Part shown: in pieces, positions 60,501 to 61,730 of the stretch
Numbering within the stretch: the stretch's first letter is position 1
How the letters are laid out: the number at the start of each line of letters is the position of its first letter
Assembly (NCBI GenBank): GCA_043821445.1
Contig: JBDRCT010000021.1
Location: 1 to 61,730 of the forward strand
Source of the DNA: Candidatus Omnitrophota bacterium
Lineage (GTDB): Bacteria; Omnitrophota; Omnitrophia; Omnitrophales; Aquincolibacteriaceae
Length of the DNA stretch: 61,730 nt
Direction of reading: 5' to 3'
The notes under the pieces: model-generated
Databases searched by the model: none
What the model was told of the DNA's origin: nothing
What the model saw: only the letters and a program-made list of their open reading frames with translations
Position numbers and translations under genes: made by a program

Positions 60501-61200
60501 AATCCAGTGCCGTTTCCTGACGGACAAGTGCTAAGAGGTTCTTATTGAGTTTCGTTGTGAATCGACGTTCAAGGACGCTGCGGAGTTCGCGTAAAGAAGC
60601 CTGCGCGGCTTTATCTGCTTTTACCACCGCAATGAACGCTTCGCGGTCTTTTTTGTAGGAATCTAGGTTCTCGACCCCAAAGGCCTCGAACCCGCTCAAC
60701 GCACTACGCTCAACGTTCAACGATCCTTTCTTTTCCGTTGCGCGTTGTCCGTTGCGCGTTGCGCTATTGTGATTAATCAGAAAATTCTCCGGGCCGGTGA
60801 GATATCCTTCCTGCATGAGCTTATCCGTGACCTTGCGGTTGAAGTCCGGATGATCGGGAAACATACGAAAGAGTTCAGGCTGGAGTTTGTTCGCTGCACC
60901 TTCAAGGAGCATGAGACGAACCTTGGAATTTTGCTCGATGTAACCGAGGAGTTTTTCGATGTTTTTCTCGGCCTCATAATTGCCGTGCGCGGACTGGATA
61001 TGGATGAGGGCCGGAGCTGTGGGGTCGCCCACGATCGTGTCCGTCACCTGCCCGAATTCAGCGGGGATCTCGAGCGTCTTAAACGGGACAAGAGACACTT
61101 CGGCCTTTGGCATGCTTGCGTAACCCATGGGGTTGAGGTTCGTCACCACAAAAATGAAGACAATAAAACCCGACACCATTTTCAATAAACGAACATTCAT
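48538..61200 (-). CDS. Giant modular ORF 2 (4,220 aa): signal peptide + conserved N-module + ~17 cargo modules (aldolase-like, TPI, PGI) + conserved C-module
   Basis: Uninterrupted 12,663-nt ORF. ATG at 61200 with an AGGGGGA Shine-Dalgarno 7 nt upstream (61208-61214). Sec-type N-terminus ([19 protein letters not shown]..GYA-S). Contains 18 RSExR junction motifs. Confidence 0.85.
   Translation of the reverse strand: [4220 protein letters not shown]
48541..49350 (-). other. ORF2 C-terminal module (aa 3951-4220), related to the ORF1 C-terminal module
   Basis: See feature 31304-32155. Follows the last RSEVR junction. Confidence 0.5.
49366..51195 (-). other. ORF2 module aa 3336-3945: full-length glucose-6-phosphate isomerase (PGI)
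   Basis: Collinear with canonical PGI: [91 protein letters not shown]. Confidence 0.9.
52864..53751 (-). other. ORF2 module aa 2484-2779: triosephosphate isomerase, circularly permuted (beta3-beta8 first, beta1-beta2 last)
   Basis: Order found: [50 protein letters not shown], then [10 protein letters not shown] (nt 53029-53037 = NWK) and [10 protein letters not shown]. Confidence 0.8.
53767..55755 (-). other. ORF2 module aa 1816-2478: class II (metal-dependent) fructose/tagatose-bisphosphate aldolase-like domain with a long C-terminal extension
   Basis: Family-ordered motifs: [20 protein letters not shown] (DH), [45 protein letters not shown]. The three His positions used as Zn ligands in class II aldolases appear retained. 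Confidence 0.55.
57259..57435 (-). repeat. ORF2 intragenic basic repeat module, copy 3 (aa 1256-1314)
   Basis: [59 protein letters not shown], bounded by RSEIR and RSETR. DNA-level similarity to copies 1 and 2 is visible. Confidence 0.8.
58780..58956 (-). repeat. ORF2 intragenic basic repeat module, copy 2 (aa 749-807)
   Basis: [59 protein letters not shown], bounded by RSEVR and RSEAR. Confidence 0.8.
59182..59340 (-). repeat. ORF2 intragenic basic repeat module, copy 1 (aa ~621-673)
   Basis: ...[37 protein letters not shown] followed by RSEAR. Confidence 0.75.
59842..59915. repeat. Heptamer-periodic palindromic element, copy B (in frame inside giant ORF2)
   Basis: CTCAACG CTCAAAG CGCAAAG CGCAACG - loop TCCTTTTTTGGATTTTCT - CGTTGTG CGTTGAC CGTTGTA CGTTGCG. 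Encodes [27 protein letters not shown], which is absent from the ORF1 paralogue. Confidence 0.8.
60221..60248. repeat. Perfect heptanucleotide tandem repeat (CGGGACT)x4 inside giant ORF2
   Basis: Direct reading gives cgggact cgggact cgggact cgggact. Lies in the coding region for aa ~318-327 (RVPSPESR). Confidence 0.9.
60695..60763. repeat. Heptamer-periodic palindromic element, copy C (in frame inside giant ORF2)
   Basis: CTCAACG CACTACG CTCAACG TTCAACG - loop ATCCTTTCTTTTC - CGTTGCG CGTTGTC CGTTGCG CGTTGCG. Encodes [26 protein letters not shown]. Confidence 0.8.
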
Positions 61201-61330
61201 GCTATGTTCCCCCTTTAGTAAATGGATTTTAAAACAGATTTTAAAATGAATTTTAAAAAGCTATCCAAAAGGTAGCATGGGTTCTTTAAAAAGCAAGGGT
61301 TGGCTATTAAAAATTTTCAATTTTTCCACG
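61201..61330 (-). promoter_or_regulatory. AT-rich leader/promoter region of giant ORF2 with three phased GATTTTAAAA repeats
   Basis: SD AGGGGGA at 61208-61214. GATTTTAAAA at 61225-61234 and 61237-61246, and GAATTTTAAAAA at 61248-61259, with 12-bp phasing. Confidence 0.3.
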
Positions 61331-61590
61331 GTCATGCGCTTCACTCATGATTCGACATTGTTACCGGTAGACACTTTCGAACGGCTGGTATTTCAATTGT
61401 TATATAATGTTATAAAATGATATGCAGTGAGTAAAATTTTACATCAAAAGATTCATGGCTGGTTGGAAGCGTCTCACCGTTCGGACCTAAATAAAACCCT
61501 GCATTTTATGAACACCTAGTAAAACTCGTAGGGCGGGTGACGATCCCCCTCTATATATCCCGGAGAGGGTTGGGGTGATTTGAATTTGTA

Positions 61591-61730
61591 TGTTGGCAGC
61601 ACGTCAAGATGTCCCCTTTTGTTAGCACATGAAATGTCCCCTTTAGGGTGTTTAGACAAGACATAAGGTTTGTTCTTTCTTTGAGGTTTTGGAGATGTTA
61701 TTGGGGGTGTAGAAGCCGAGGAGATGGGGT
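61591..61730. repeat. Right copy of the perfect 140-bp terminal inverted repeat
   Basis: Exact reverse complement of 1-140. Sub-repeats AGCACGTCAAGATGTCCCCTTT (about 61598-61619) and AGCACATGAAATGTCCCCTTT (about 61624-61644). The inner end starts TGT. Confidence 0.9.

Larger units (their letters stand above)
59506..61200 (-). other. ORF2 N-terminal module (aa 1-565), paralogue of the ORF1 N-module
   Basis: Same conserved blocks as feature 46193-48211. Carries in-frame nucleotide-repeat insertions absent from ORF1. Confidence 0.8.

Noticed and set aside
31301-61200. Interpretation of the giant ORFs as NRPS/PKS megasynthases, RTX/Ig-repeat adhesins or polymorphic toxins.
   Set aside because: No adenylation, condensation, thiolation or ketosynthase core motifs are present. 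There are no GGxGxD nonapeptide or Ig-like tandem repeats, and no recognisable toxin tip. The modules are heterogeneous enzymes and unknown domains.
31301-61200. The giant ORFs as artefacts, meaning a run of separate genes fused by assembly or sequencing errors.
   Set aside because: 16.9 kb and 12.7 kb remain open in a single frame. All 34 junction motifs are in that frame. No start/stop/RBS signatures occur at the junctions. The possibility still deserves read-level validation.
1-61730. The whole window as a linear plasmid, phage or Borg-like element, because of the terminal inverted repeats.
   Set aside because: The gene content is core chromosomal (ileS, tyrS, lpxD, lgt, lspA, proC, folE). 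There are no replication, partition, capsid or integrase genes. The exact 140-bp length fits a k-mer truncation of a flanking repeat.
1-61730. CRISPR arrays, rRNA genes and tRNA genes.
   Set aside because: No regularly spaced direct repeats with unique spacers were seen. No T-loop (GTTCGAATC-type) contexts outside coding sequence and no rRNA-like segments were seen by eye. A tRNAscan or Infernal run would be needed to be definitive.

Overview
This 61.7-kb window is a bacterial chromosomal fragment from a diderm organism (lpxD, O-antigen-ligase-like gene, lgt, lspA). Of 35 genes, 33 are on the minus strand. I saw no rRNA, tRNA or CRISPR array.

Positions 400-31,200 are mostly housekeeping:
- lpxD, folE, mrp/apbC, a CPBP protease and ridA
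- a nearly complete futalosine/late-menaquinone cluster (ubiE/menG, mqnC/E-family radical SAM, mqnA, ubiX, ubiA-family, ubiD-family)
- rluD, lgt, lspA and a DksA-like gene
- a signalling trio of HD-GYP, receiver and histidine kinase
- ileS, punA, yggT-proC-yggS
- a GldA/F/G-like ABC system plus a DUF4340 gene, and tyrS

Positions 31,301-61,200 hold two tandem giant ORFs of 5,636 and 4,220 aa, and these are the main finding.
- Both start with a Sec-type signal peptide and a paralogous N-terminal module, and both end with a paralogous ~270-285-aa C-terminal module.
- Between these lie 15-18 unrelated cargo modules per ORF.
- Every module junction carries the pentapeptide R-S-E-[AVMITS]-R: 33 canonical copies plus 1 RAEVR. 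The codons differ between copies, so conservation is at the protein level.
- Recognisable cargo in ORF2 is a class II aldolase-like domain, a circularly permuted triosephosphate isomerase and a full-length glucose-6-phosphate isomerase.
- Recognisable cargo in ORF1 is a NagB-like deaminase, a cupin, a P-loop NTPase, two methyltransferase-like folds and a receiver domain.
- Some modules keep their own Tat signal or TM anchor directly after a junction. This pattern looks like a bacterial polyprotein or cargo string.

Nucleotide-level oddities:
- Heptamer-periodic palindromic elements occur once intergenically and twice in frame inside giant ORF2.
- A perfect (CGGGACT)4 repeat lies inside ORF2.
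- Inverted heptamer arrays bracket an amber-interrupted four-helix-bundle gene inserted in the ABC operon.
- The window ends in perfect 140-bp terminal inverted repeats.

All domain calls come from reading motifs by eye. No database search was run.
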